A DNA stretch of 64,000 bases, from the NCBI GenBank assembly GCA_973851085.1, contig OZ316775.1, positions 13,330,001 to 13,394,000 of the forward strand, read 5' to 3'. Each line of letters begins with the position of its first letter. Positions within the stretch are counted from its first letter, which is position 1. This DNA is from Ptychomitrium polyphyllum. Its lineage: Eukaryota. The notes under the pieces are model-generated. The model saw nothing but the letters and a program-made list of their open reading frames with translations. It was not told the origin of the DNA and did no database searches. Below, piece by piece: positions 1-13,200 of this stretch. The position numbers and the translations under genes are program-made.

Positions 1-241
1 TGTGACTGTCGCTGTCAATAAATACAATAGCGGTTAATAATGGACGGAGAGGAAGCGTGGAGCATTTCGACGTGCTTTGGCTCTGTTCAATGTGACTGGC
101 AAGCTCCACGAATCCACTGAGATTGTGGAGCTCTTCGCCCCTGAGACGAGCTCGAATAGCATCTCATGGAGAGTTCCGTTTCTCGTGTAGCTGAATTCGA
201 GGGACAGAATCTGCACGTGATCATTGTGGCAGCACACCGGA

Positions 242-435
242 AGGTTTAATTGACACCGGCAGAGCTTGGACAGGATTTGCATTTATTGTTGTATCCATCC
301 GCTCCTACGTGTGTTGTGTAGAAATATTGAAATATATCAGGTTTAATTGACACCGGCAGAGCTTGGACAGGATTTGCATTTATTGTTGTATCCATCCGCT
401 CCTACGTGTGTTGTGTAGAAATATTGAAATATATC
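242..435. repeat. Perfect 97-bp direct tandem duplication (242-338, 339-435)
   Basis: The unit AGGTTTAATTGACACCGG...GAAATATTGAAATATATC occurs twice head to tail with no differences. It includes the first 14 bp of the Copia LTR. Confidence 0.95.
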
Positions 436-884
436 AAAGAGAAGTTATTTAAAAGCTTACAATACATACAATAATGCATCTAAGCATACATTCATCTTCA
501 TGTAATTAACAATATTAAATAACACAACATAAATACAACAACATAGGAGATAAAGAACTTCAAAGAGATGTAAACAAACGCTCTCCTCCCAACCAAGTTA
601 TCTCTTCCTATATTACATAAATACTTATACAAGTGAAAGAATGATAACTACTCCCTTAAGCCTCTCTTATATACATCTACAAAGACCTTCTTAACTTAGA
701 ATCTTTTAGATAAAGTCTTAAGCTATCTAATGATGTTTCTATCTTTTCCTACATTAGAATTCATATGACCTTCCTAAAATAATAAGCATGTATTATTTCT
801 AATGTCTAATATCACCTATTAGATATTTAATTTATTAAATAATTATCATACAATAGTAGATGAATTCTATCTATACTTCTAACA
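422..884 (-). repeat. Copia 3' LTR (463 bp)
   Basis: Direct repeat of 6237-6698 with about 9 differences counted by eye. It ends ...TTCTAACA and begins TATTG instead of TGTTG. A polypurine tract (minus strand TTGAGTGGAAG, 885-895) is adjacent. Confidence 0.93.
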
Positions 885-3800
885 CTTCCACTCAAAGAGA
901 TATTCTAGGATTGTGAAATAATCCCATAGTAGCCTTGAATTTTAAATGTTTAATATTTGAAAGTCCTTTTGTAAGTATATCTGTTGTTATATCTTCAATT
1001 CTACAAAGTTCAATTTTCAAAATATTTGCATTAATCTTTTCACAAATGAAGGGGGAGTCAATTTCACATGTTCTATCCTTCCATGAAAAAATAGGATTTT
1101 TAGTAATGCAATTGAACTTTGATTGGCATTATAAATAATTGTAGGCTCTTTTTGATTGCATCCAATGTCCTTCAATAATCTCCTCAATCAAACAACTTCT
1201 TTCATTGCTTTATTTATAGCATAATACTCAGCTTTTCTTAATGATTTAGCCATAGAATTTTTTTTTTACTACTCCAAGTCATAGCTCCATTGCAAAGAAG
1301 AAACAAATAACCTTTAGTTTAACAACAATCATCAATATTACTTCTTCAATCAGCATTACAATATCCAAGAAGAATAATACCTTGATTATTTCTTAAATAA
1401 CAAAATTTATCATTTATGGTACTTTTTAGGTACTACAATATGCTCTTGACATCATTCAAATGTTGTTGATCAAAGTTTGCCATATATTGACGAACATTAT
1501 TTGTTGCTTATACAATATTGACTCTAGTTTTAAACATAGAATATATAATATATCCAACTGTATTTGAATATGAAATTTTTCTTATGGCTTCTAGTTCAAT
1601 ATCAATTTGAGGGCACATATTCTTGGATAATTTCCCTTTTGAATAAGTGGAGTTGCAGCTCGCTTATAACTAATTACTAAATATATTGATACTACATGTG
1701 AAATGTATTTGCTTTGGTTTAATTTGAATACCAATGAAATAGTGTGTTTCACTTCCATGAGTCATTTTGAATTGTTTGAACAAATGGATCTTTATATTCA
1801 TAATGAAATCCTTACCATTGTAAAATAAGAATATATCATCAATATATAAGGCCATTAGAACATAGTTTGTGTTGTTCTTTATAATAAAGATACTATGATC
1901 AATTGTGCTCTATATATAGCCTTTTGAACCAAAATACTTTGCAATTTTTTGGTTCCAAGTATAAGGTGATTGCTTTAAATCATAAATGGTCTTTTTTGCA
2001 ATTTACACACCATATTTGCTTTTCCTCTTATTTCATATCCATGTGGTTGTTCTATATAAATTTCTTAATAAAGATTTTCATTAAAAGAAGTTTTTTTGAC
2101 ATCCATTTGATGTATTTCTAAATCTTGAATTGCACCAATTGCAAGTAAGCTTCGAATAGAAGCTAACTTTGCCACTTGATAAAGGATTTCAAAATAATCA
2201 TTGCCTTTTTCTTGAGTAAATTCCTTAACCACCAATCTAGCTTTATAGCTTTCAATGCTTCCATCAACATAGTATTTCAATTTGAAAAGCCATTTATATT
2301 TATTGCTTTCCTTTTTTTTAACAATAATATAAGTTTTCATGTATTATTCTTTTAACAATGATTGGTATTCAACATCCATTGCCTCCTTTCACTTTGTAAC
2401 ATCTTGGAATTTCATAACGTCATTAAGTAATTGTGATTCTTTCTCATTTATCACAAAGGCATGAGTCATATCAATAAATTCAAGATCCTCAAAAATTCTT
2501 GAACATTTTGCATTGTGTTCATCATCATCTTCTCTAGTGGTTACATTCACAACTTTGTCTGGTTGCACAAATATTTTTTTTCATTGAAAGTGACATCTCT
2601 ACTATAAATAATTTTATCATCCACAAGATTATAGAATCTGTAGCCTTTAATGCCAATAGTATAACAAAAAAAAAATCTAAATTTATATATATATATACTT
2701 TTACATCTAATTTATGAAGTGTTTTATCTTGTAAACTTTTAGTTGGTAGTATATTTATCAAATAAATAGTAATAAACACTACTTCTATTCAAAACATCTT
2801 TTCAAGTTTGCTATGATCAACAAGCTTCTAATTGTTTCCATGATGGCCTTGTTCTTCCTTTCTATGTGGTGTATAAGGTATAATTAGTTGCTTTTGGATC
2901 CTATAAATCTTACAAAATGAAAAAAAATCCATCATTGACATATATTCTCCACCATTATGACACCTTTAAATTTTTATATTTATTTTGTCTCGTTTTCAAT
3001 TGCAGCCTTGAAATATTTAAAATATTGATATATTTCTAATTTCTTCTTCATAATGTAAACAAAAACTTCCTTTGAATAATTATTAAAGGAAATTATAGAA
3101 TATTTCCTTTTTACAATAGATTCAACTAGCATAAGTCCACAGACATCACACATTCTTCATTTATATGTCCAAGTTTACAATGCCATAATTTGACATCATC
3201 TATAACCTTATTAGTGCACATATTGGATTTTTCTTCAATCATAACTTCATACTTGAGTTTACTATAATCTTCCATTTTATGAAATTTGAGCATAAAGTTT
3301 TTTACTACTCTTATTTTCAATAGTGCATATTCTTTTTGAAAAAGTTAGTTTATACCCATCATCATCTAATAATGCTCCAAATAATAAAGATTTGGCCAAT
3401 GTTGGAACATGTAATATATTTTAAAGCAATATATTGCACCTATTTGAAAAAATAATATTTACCCTATTTTTTTTCACTATATCTTATTCTGAATCATCGG
3501 CTATGAAGACTTTGTGACCAAAGGATAACTTGGTATATTCCATAAAATATGATCTATTTATTGTCATATGTTAATTTGCTCCAGAATCCACAAACCAATA
3601 ATTATCATCCAGATTAATTGTCATAATAAGAATTGTAAGTAATACCTCATTTTTATTATTTATAACCAATATCACTTTATTTACCTCTGATTTTTGTTTT
3701 TTTTTTCCATATTAGCCTTCTTAATAAATATACATTAGATTGCCTTATGGCCTTTCTTTCCACAATTAAAACATGCTCCATTTAAATAAAATGACTTAAA

Positions 3801-4192
3801 TCCCTAATAATTACTTGAATCATTTCTTCATCTAGATATTTTGATATTATTAAACTTCATTTTTTTTGTGATTAAAATTAAAGTTCTTTCCATACACTCA
3901 TATTATTATCATTTCCGCAATATTCTTCTTTGTGCAACAAGCAATTTTCCAAATAAGCTGCTATAAGCTCATCTCGGGTCTCCAAAGATTCAATCAAATA
4001 ATCATAAGAACTTGGTAAACTCTTCAATAATGCAGTCACATAAAATGACTCAATTAATTTAGAGGCTAACTGATTTGAGTTGCTTCACAAAACTTTTTAT
4101 TTTCACAATATCATCATATATTTTATCATTCTCCAGTATCTTTATTTCCATTAATCTTCACATAAGAAATAACTTACTTTATTGAAACTTAG

Positions 4193-5358
4193 TGTCACTC
4201 ACCTCTCCTTGAAGAATGCCCGCAACACTAAGGGGCACAAAAGAAACCCCGGAATAACGTCCGGGACTTGTGGCGCCGATAGTGAAGTGGCCCGAATAGG
4301 CCTAGCGTAGGAAGGATCCCGAGGGGGAGAAACATCCTTGCCCATATAAACCGAGGGCCACAAGGGAGAAATTGTAGGCATTGGAAGACTCACAACGAGT
4401 TGATTCTAGAATGCTAAAGATTGCTCAAATTGGACAAGGGAACTAAAAGATATGGCATCCCAAAGTTGGGGCTGCCAAGGGGCTGTTCTGGACTGTGGCA
4501 GTCCTAGACAGTGACTGTACTGGACTGGGACAGTACAGAGAGGGACTCCTTGGGAGTCCCAAACCTTGGGAGATGCATATCTTCTAGAATACTAAGCCAA
4601 ATTGGACGTTTGAGGAGTCTATCGGCATTTACGCCAAGAGTAGATGACGATAAAGTAGTCGTTCGATAGATTTGGACACCGAAAGTGAAAAATATAGCTC
4701 CCTGATAGTCTGCAGGAAGTCTTGGAGGCTTCTAGCGGCTAAGTTCCAAGGAAGATCCGGTGGTCTTCCAAAGTTTTGGGTGAATCAGAGTTCAAGCAGC
4801 TATAGAGGGCTAGGGGACCTGCCCAATCTCATAGAAAGTACTATAGGAGAAGGCTGGTCCCCCTCTTTACTCCCTTAGTGTCCTGGTAGGAACCAACAGT
4901 GAGTCCCGGTTGCTGGAGCTAGTGTTGGGGCTTCACCACTGGGAGTCCCACACCATTGTGAGCTGGTGGATGACTGGTTTTACGAAGGAAACTAGTGAGA
5001 TTAAAAGGGCACGCTTGTTATCACTAAATTGGGGTGGTGTCTTCACGCCGGCATCATGATGGCCCGGGATGATCTTAAGATCACATGGAAATCATGAGTG
5101 GTGGTGAAGAGACACCATTAAGTGCGGTTAGGCCGTGTGAAATGGGAATAACACCAAGTGAGGCCTTGGACATGAATGGAAGTCCGCACATAACCATTGG
5201 CTACCAATCAATTGGGTGTCCTAAGAGAAATGGTAGGGGGAACTGGAAACTAAACTTGGGACTTGGAGAGTGAAAATGGGGATTAACAATGTGCATGTGA
5301 GGGTGTATAGGGTTGACGCACATGACGTTTATTAAGATACATTACAAGAGTTGCTTTA
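4193..5358. mobile_element. Solo LTR (~1.17 kb) nested in Copia gag
   Basis: GC-richer block starting TGTCAC and flanked by the 5-bp TSD CTTAG (4188-4192, 5359-5363). It is colinear with 10434-11597. The 3' terminus has mutated to ...TTGCTTTA. Confidence 0.9.
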
Positions 5359-6220
5359 CTTAGTTTCAAACCAATTATATAAATTATCTTGTAATTCTTT
5401 AGAAGATTTTTCGTCTTCCGTAATTTCAAAAATATCATCACTTAATTCAAAAGATACTACATGAATTGCATCTTGCTTATCTTCCAAAAAAGCCAGCATG
5501 TCATCTTTCATTGCAAGAAGGTTTAATACCTTAGAGCCATTTACAACATTCCAAATTTTACAATTTCGAAGAATCATAATCATCCTTCTTTTCTAGACAC
5601 TTCATTTCTCCTTGTTACGATCAAATTTATCTACCAAACTTTGAACTTTATAAGAAATAGCCATCTTTAGTATAAAATAAAATTTTACAATAATGTTTTC
5701 CAACACAATAGATGTAAAGTTCAATAGAACTAGTAGCCACATAATACTTGCAAAAAACAAATACAAATTTTTACAAATTCTTTGTAAAAGAAAATTACCG
5801 TACATTTATTCTTTCTTAATTATTAGATATAACAACAAAAACCACTAATAAGGAATATAATCCTTCTACTATTTTTAATACTATCAAGGATTTTTATACA
5901 AACCATTAGTAAAGAGCATAATCCTTCCACTCTTCTTAAATGTTAAATAGAATCAAGGATTTACAATACATCTTATTTGTTATCTATAAGTAAGGATTTT
6001 CAATTCATCTTGATTATCATTTATAATCAAGAAACCTCAATTCATCTTGCTTATAGAATATAATCAAGGATAATCAATTCTTCTTGCTTATTGAACAAAA
6101 TAAAGGATATTTCAAAATAAAAACAACATGCTTGTCATATTAATTATAAAAATAAACAAGTTTCTACATACAAACTTTACTTTCCAATTGTTAGATTTCT
6201 ATTAAGAACATACTAACAAA

Positions 6221-6236
6221 CCTTGCTTTAATACCA
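6221..6236 (-). promoter_or_regulatory. Primer-binding site of the Copia element (degenerate tRNA-iMet type)
   Basis: The minus strand reads TGGTATTAAAGCAAGG immediately after the 5' LTR. The canonical iMet PBS is TGGTATCAGAGC. Confidence 0.85.
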
Positions 6237-6698
6237 TGTTGAAATATAACAAAGAGAAGTTATTTAAAGCTTACAATACATACAATAATGCATCTAAGCA
6301 TACATTCATCTTCATGTAATTAACAATATTAAATAACACAACATAAATACAACAACATAGGAGATAAAGAACTTCAAAGAGATGTAAACAAACGCTCTCC
6401 TCCCAACCAAGTTATCTCTTCCTATATTACATAAATACTTATACAAGTGAAAGAATGATAACTACTCCCTTAAGCCTCTCTTATATACATCTACAAAGAC
6501 CTTCTTAACTTAGAATCTTTTAGATAAAGTCTTAAGCTATCTAATGATATTTCTATCTTTTCCTACATTAGAATTCATATGACCTTCCTAAAATAATAAG
6601 CATGTATTATTTCTAATATCTAATATCACCTATTAGATATTTAATTTATTAAATAATTATCATACAACAATACATGAATTCTATCTTTACTTCTAACA
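6237..6698 (-). repeat. Copia 5' LTR (462 bp)
   Basis: TGTTG...TAACA termini; matches 422-884. Confidence 0.93.
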
Positions 6699-6889
6699 TA
6701 TTATGTATCTTGCCGTTTTTTATTTTTTATTCACCACTAGCCCCTTGTGCCGGACGTTGTGCAACGCGGTTGTGTACTGAATGTCACTGAATGGCCTGGA
6801 GGATGAGATTCCCCTATGTGCAAATTGCAATGAAAATGCTTCCCCAGTTGTGGTGTGGTCTCGGTGGAAGAAAAGTAGCAGAATATACG

Positions 6890-6962
6890 AGAATCGTGCT
6901 CACGCGGCATTTGCCAGAATCGTGCTCACGCGGCATTCACCAGAATTCTGCTCACGCGGCAT
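6890..6962. repeat. Three copies of a 26-bp unit (AGAATCGTGCTCACGCGGCATT...)
   Basis: Copies at 6890-6915, 6916-6941 and 6942-6962 (partial). Each carries CACGCGG. Confidence 0.9.
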
Positions 6963-7249
6963 CCGCATCGCCCACCTGCTTCATAAAATGCATACGCGTC
7001 AGGCGAACATCCAAATCCATTTTATATTGAATCTCTGTACACTCTTGCCTCATGCAATTGCAAGTCACTGCAGCTTCCCTACGCCGCACCACCACCTTGT
7101 AAAATGTATTCTGCTTCATATTGTTCTGTTCAAGTAAAGCAAACACTCTTCCTCCTTTATTAGGGTTATACATTAAGTAAAACTTCCTTATTTTATGTTT
7201 CTAGTGTGTGTTTTCCTTATGAATAATAGTCCCTAATAATCTATAACAC

Positions 7250-10200
7250 AGGCGTTAAAGCACTATTGGTTCGGAAGGATAGTTAGAGAAGTGTGGGCAC
7301 CAAAGGCTAACTTAGGATTTCCTTAGGAGAGCTCGGCTAGTTTTGGTTCAAATCCAAATCTCTCTAGTCACATCCCAACATTTCAATAGTTTATCTTTAA
7401 TTCATCAAAATGCACTTTTGAATGTTTTTTTGCTTATTCTTGTGATAAAAAGGAATTCCAAAATGTGTTTTACAAATTTTTATTGAATTTTTTTTTTAAC
7501 AAAAGTACTATTGTAAGAAAATTATTCTTTAGATATTCTTTCACCTACCACAAATGCTTAATGCACATATGTTAGATGGTTGGTGTGAATGGAATTGTAT
7601 AGGTTGTAAATCTTGATGTGGGAATATGTATGGATTCATGATATATTTATGAGAGCAGTCATTGGATTTGGAATTATGGAATTGGAAAATTGGAATTTTC
7701 ATTGTGAAAGTACATGATTTTTATTTACTTCAAGGGCTGATCCTTATATAAACGTATTCAAATTCCTAAATAATTACTCTTTTATTGTGTGGATATTTGG
7801 AAGTAATTAGCTGCTCTAAAACCTTACAGATCTTTAGGTTTATATTGCTTGAAATTAGTGTAAAATTGTGAATTTGAAACTATAACATCCATAGAGTAAA
7901 GTAATAATTTTTTTTTGTTTAAAAAAATGCATGACTACAATGAGATGCATGCATTGAAACATGTTTATGAATCAAGTGGATGAAACTTTGTGACACTAAA
8001 GTATGTGTTCAAGTCAAAAATATAGATGACATGAAGAAAGAGGTGGTATTGCAAGTGAGACTTTGATTGATAAAAGATGAGGTTTTAAATAACTCTAGTG
8101 TCTCTTTCAAAAATTAGAAGACATAATTTAAATCAAAATGACTAAGATAAGAGGTTTTCTGAATGTATTGACCAAAAATTGATTTCTACCACCAAAACGA
8201 ATATTATACTTTTTAGAGACAATTTCTATTTTATTTTAAGAATTAAAATAATATAAAACTAGGCAATATTTGAATTGATGTCTTAACGTCAAATTGATGT
8301 GTTCAGTACAAATCCAACAGCTTAAATTTACAATTGTAAGGCTTGGAAGCTAAAAAACTCTGGTAATCAAATGAAAACGCAAAGTCTTCCCAAAAATCAA
8401 AGGAGCCACAAAATAAACACTCCACATGTAAAGAACATTATTAACAGATGGATTGAAAGAGTGTAATTCATAAATTCTATTTGAGACAAAACATATATCA
8501 TAATATTCTTTGACTTCATGATTTTGTATCATGACCAAAAATATTAGAATAATAATCTACTTCTTTTTCATGTCTTAATATTATATAGAGTAGAATATCA
8601 TGCATACATATTCTATTATAGAAGCAATATAAGATCATGGGGCTAAAGAATATTATGCGAGTTCCTTATATTGTATAAAAATAAAGGCTAGATAAATCAA
8701 GAACCTCATTACTAAGCTTAGTTTGTATGCCAAGATGTTGAAAAATTTCTATAGAGTTTGTGAAAAACTAGACTGCCAAAAAACAAATTGGATAAAGATT
8801 TTGTGGCTATTGCTATTGGCAGTACTATTCATATGCTAAAGTCATAGTTATTTGGCACTGGCAATTGATGAACCTGAAGTCAAGAGGATTGAATGTTTTT
8901 TTTCTACTTCATCTAATGTAAAATAATGATATTTGTGATATCTTATTATCAAATGGATGAAGTTTTAAGTTGCTAAAGGATGTTGTGGAATAAAAAATAG
9001 AAATAAGCCTTCTTAGTAAGCATAACAATATAGAAATTAATAAAATTAAAGTTTTTTGAAAGTAAATCTTATAATTGTATATTAAATTAATTCATCTTTA
9101 TAACTAATCTATAAAAAATAAACATGTTTTGAAGATCACCAAGCAATTTTCAAATGAATCAAGAAACTTATATTAAGAAAATAACTACAATTTATTTAAC
9201 TAAGAAATAACTACAATTTATTTAACTACAATTTATTTAAGAATATTTCAAAATTAAAATTAAAAATTTGAGTTCTTTCAAGTATTTATTAATGACATTA
9301 ATGTAGTAAAGTTTTTATTTTTTCAAAAAAATGATGATTACATTCATTTTACTTTAATAAATAAACATATAATCAACTACAATGTCTACCATGATAATTT
9401 TTAGAAGTTTAATGATAATTTTATGGATCCAAACTATGTCATTTTATGAAAATAAATACCATGTTATATAAAAATTTGTATTTAACTACAATTTGTATAA
9501 CCACAAATTTATTTAACTAAAAATTTGTAGTTATTTTCTTAATAACAATTTGTTAAATAACAAAGTCCTACAAGCTTGAAAAGAAATAGACTTGGATTTA
9601 TTAAATTAGCAATCAAAAGCAACAAGGCAAGAATTTTTTAGAAGCTTAAATGGTTTCTTTTGTTGCGCCTTAATACAATTACTTATGAATACCATAAGTA
9701 AAATTATTATGAATTTCAAAAGTGATTTTTGTAAAAAGGTAAAATAAAATTAAGAACATGAACTTTGTTTTGCTTTTTTTTAATATTGATTACTTGAATG
9801 AGTGTCATTTTTTTGTAGTATTGGTGGTTTCAGAGTTTTTTGCATTTAACATCTTTCTCTATCCAATTTAAACATTCATCTTATTTTTCCCACCTACTAA
9901 TACAAACTCACCACTACCGAAAATACTAGAAACAACTTTAAAAAAGATTCTCCACTAAAACTAGAGAGTTCTGGAAATTCTACCGGACTTGGTGTTTCTT
10001 GCCAGTTCCCGCCACAATTCCTTATTTCCACCGCAGTTTCCTGTTTCCACTGCAATTTCCTATTCACACTGCGCTTTCAAATAACGGGTTCTTACAGCAG
10101 CTCATTTCACACTGCAATTTTATTTTGTGCTCAAGCACCTTCACTAAACTAGGTTCGTCTCTCCAATATAAGGATGCAATTAAGAAATTTGCTTCTTTCT

Positions 10201-13200
10201 AGCCAAGTTTAAAATTAGAAGAATCGAAATAAAAGGGAAAATTTGGAAAAAAATAAAATGTAGAGACTGTTAAATTGAAGTCTTTAAAATTTGAGGTTTG
10301 ATTATTAGTTAAGTCAAATAGTTGTACTTGTACCTTCTAAATATCTCTTAATAGTGCACATGGAGTAGTTTTCATGCTTTAAGGATGAATGAGAACATTA
10401 CATAAAGTTTAAATAACCTTGTAAAGTATTCCATGTTGCGGACCTCTCCTTGACAAATGTTTGCAACACTAAGGGGCACAAAAGAAACCCCGGAGTAACG
10501 TCCGGGACTTGTGGCGCCGATAGTGAAGTGGCCCAAATAGGCCTAGCGTAGGAAGGATCCCGAGGGGGAGAAACATCCTTGCCCATGTAGACCGAGGGCC
10601 ACAAGGGAGAAATTGTAGGCATTGGAAGACTCACGACGAGTTGATTCTAGAATGCTAAAGATTGCTCAAATCGGACAAGGGAACTAAAAGATATGGCATC
10701 CCAAAGTTGGGGCTGCCAAGGGGCTGTTCTGGACTGTGGCAGTCCTAGACAGTGACTGTACTGGACTGGGACAGTATAGGGAGGGACTCCTTGGGAGTCC
10801 CAAACCTTGGGAGATGCATATCTTCTAGAATACTAAGCCAAATTGAACGTTTGAGGAGTCTATCGGCATTTACGCCAAGAGTAGATGACGATAAAGTGGT
10901 CGCTCAATAGATTTGGACACCAAAAGTGGAAGATATAGCTCCTTGAAAGTCCGCAAGAAGTCTCGGAGGCTTCTAGCGGCTAAGTCCCAAGGAAGATTGG
11001 GTGGTCTTCCAAAGTTTTTGGTGTATCGGGGTTCAAGCAGCTATAGAGGGCTAGGGGACCTGCCCAATCCCATAGAAAGTACTATAGGAGAGGGCTGGTC
11101 CCCCTCCCTACTCCCCTAGTGTCTTGGTATGAACCAAGCGTGAGTCCCGGTTGTTGGAGCTAGTGTTGGGGCTTCACCACTGGAAGTCCTACACCATTGT
11201 GAGCCGGTGGATGATTGGTTTTACGAAGGAAACTAGTGAGATTAAAAGGGCACGCTTGTTATCACTAAGTTGGGATGGTGTCTTCACGTCGGCACCATGA
11301 TGGTCCGGGATGATTTTAAGATCACATGGGGATCATGAGTGGTGGTGAAAAGACACCATTATGTGCGGTTAGGCCGTGTAGTTGGGAGTAATACCAAGTG
11401 AGGCCTTGGACATGAATGGAAGTCTGCACCTAACTTTTGGCTACCAATCAATTGGGTGTTCTAAGATAAATGGTAGGGGGAACTGGAACTAAGCTTGGGA
11501 CTTAGAGAATGAAAATGGGAGTTAACCATGTGCATGTGGGGGTGTATAGGGTTGACGCACATGACGTTTATTAAGGTGCATTACAAGGGTTGCGACATTC
11601 CATTACTTAATAAATTCTTTATTGAAGATATAACTTACTCTCAAATGAACACAATTATACTTATTCTTGAATTGCTATGACAAAATAAACATATAGAAGA
11701 ATCAGACTAATTAAAGCTGAAGAAAGCAAGACCATGTAACTAAGAAAGGAATTCATTGAAAAATATACAATTTGAAGTGCCTGAAATGATCATATTATTA
11801 CCAAGGACTTCAATTTTTTAAATAGATGAAGGTGTTGCAATAAAAAAGACATCTTTATGATTAAGGAAGGATCTAGTTGTTATAATAAGTTTTTTGTCAT
11901 TTGGCTATATTCTTAGAGCTTGACCTTAAAAAAATAAGAAATTAGTATCTTGGAGTATCAACTAAAATACTTAGAATTTCAAATGTGAATTTTATGAAGA
12001 GTGTTATTTTGAAGTTCTTGAGTAGAACTTCCAAGTGTAGATTGATGCCAATTGAGTTGATTTAGTAAGCATAATAAGACCACATGGGTCCAAAAAGATA
12101 AGGAATACCATATTGGTCGCTACCTTGGTGGTAGTGCATAATTAAGTGTTATAAGAAGTAAAGCTTGTCTTTCATTTAGAAGTCCACATCCTCATTTTAA
12201 ATTTCTCCCAAGTGGAGATTCTTACAGGTGAAAGTAGAATCTTAAAACTCAATTCAACGGATTCTTTATGTATATAATATTAAGCTTGATTGAGCATGCA
12301 TATTTAAATAGGTGAAGCAGATTTAAAAGCAGAAATTTGGTCCGAGGCAAGTGAGAGGTTTTGAACATGTCACTATTTTTGCTACAACAAAAATATCATG
12401 TTTTTCCTTAGTAACTTCTTTTCTATTGTAGCATTTGAGGTGTCAGCACTATTTCTTGGGTTAATGATCAATAATTAATCATTAAAAATATTTTGGTGAA
12501 AATGAAAGTGCCATGATATATTTAACAAGTGGCAACTAGCCACGACCAAGGATGTTATTGATATTGAAGAGGGCAAGAATCTACGCCAAAATGGGAAAAA
12601 TCATGAAGATGATTGCCATCATAAAGGCAAGGACATTTGAGAGGGTGCATTAAAAACTTTGTTGCAAGAAAAATCTTAGGGTATCACAAAGCGACATTGG
12701 CAATAGAACAACAATTGAGGTTGTCTATTAGGATAGAAGCAAAAAAACGTTGTCTTGTCTTGTTTTGCTTTAAGATTGGCATGCAATGAATAATTTACAA
12801 TTTAATCCAATTCTTCAAAGTGTTTGTTTGTTAGCTATGTATATAATGTTGGTAAAATTTTATTAGAGTTTTATGCACTACATTTCTCATGTTTCACAAT
12901 CTCATTCCACGCTTATATAAACCCTTCCTTCCTCCTTGCTCCATGTCTTCTCCACCCCACTAGTTCATCCTTATACTTCCTCCAACTATGCTTAGTTTTA
13001 AAGATATTGTCATGGAAATTAGAAATAAGGTGTTGGAAAGCTGGATTCAAATTAGTTTGTTTATGTAAATATATTCATTAGTTTTATAATGGTTTTGTTT
13101 CAAATTTTTTTCTGAGGTTTTGTAAATTATGGCAGGATTGTTATAATAAAATTTTGGTCTATTAAAAATGATGACAGTTGGCTAAAATTAATCTTTTAAT

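Larger units (their letters stand above)
422..6698 (-). mobile_element. Ty1/Copia LTR retrotransposon, full-length but decayed and non-coding
   Basis: Paired LTRs at 422-884 and 6237-6698. Minus-strand relics occur in Copia order: gag (~5620-3950), zinc knuckle GACFNCGKKGHKA (~3740-3780), protease WFVDSGAN (~3573-3598), pre-integrase LWHCKLGHIN, integrase NGGEY, RT (WLFKLK..YKARLVVKEFTQ..HQMDVK, LYIDD), RNase H (..DILTKGL ~960-990). There are many stops and frameshifts. Confidence 0.95.

Noticed and set aside
4199..4393. ORF MSLPMPTISPLWP.. conserved twice (also 10398-10634)
   Set aside because: It lies within the duplicated solo LTR and has a non-ATG start; conservation only reflects repeat identity.
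6890..6962. CRISPR-like array
   Set aside because: Repeats are contiguous with no unique spacers, the context is eukaryotic, and there are no cas genes.
9175..9240. Short tandem AAGAAATAACTACAATTTATTTAACT repeats
   Set aside because: Ordinary slippage repeat in AT-rich decayed TE DNA.
4193..11597. One full-length LTR element bounded by the two 1.16-kb repeats
   Set aside because: Each repeat has its own distinct TSD, and the interval holds Copia gag/LTR and host DNA rather than an internal domain.
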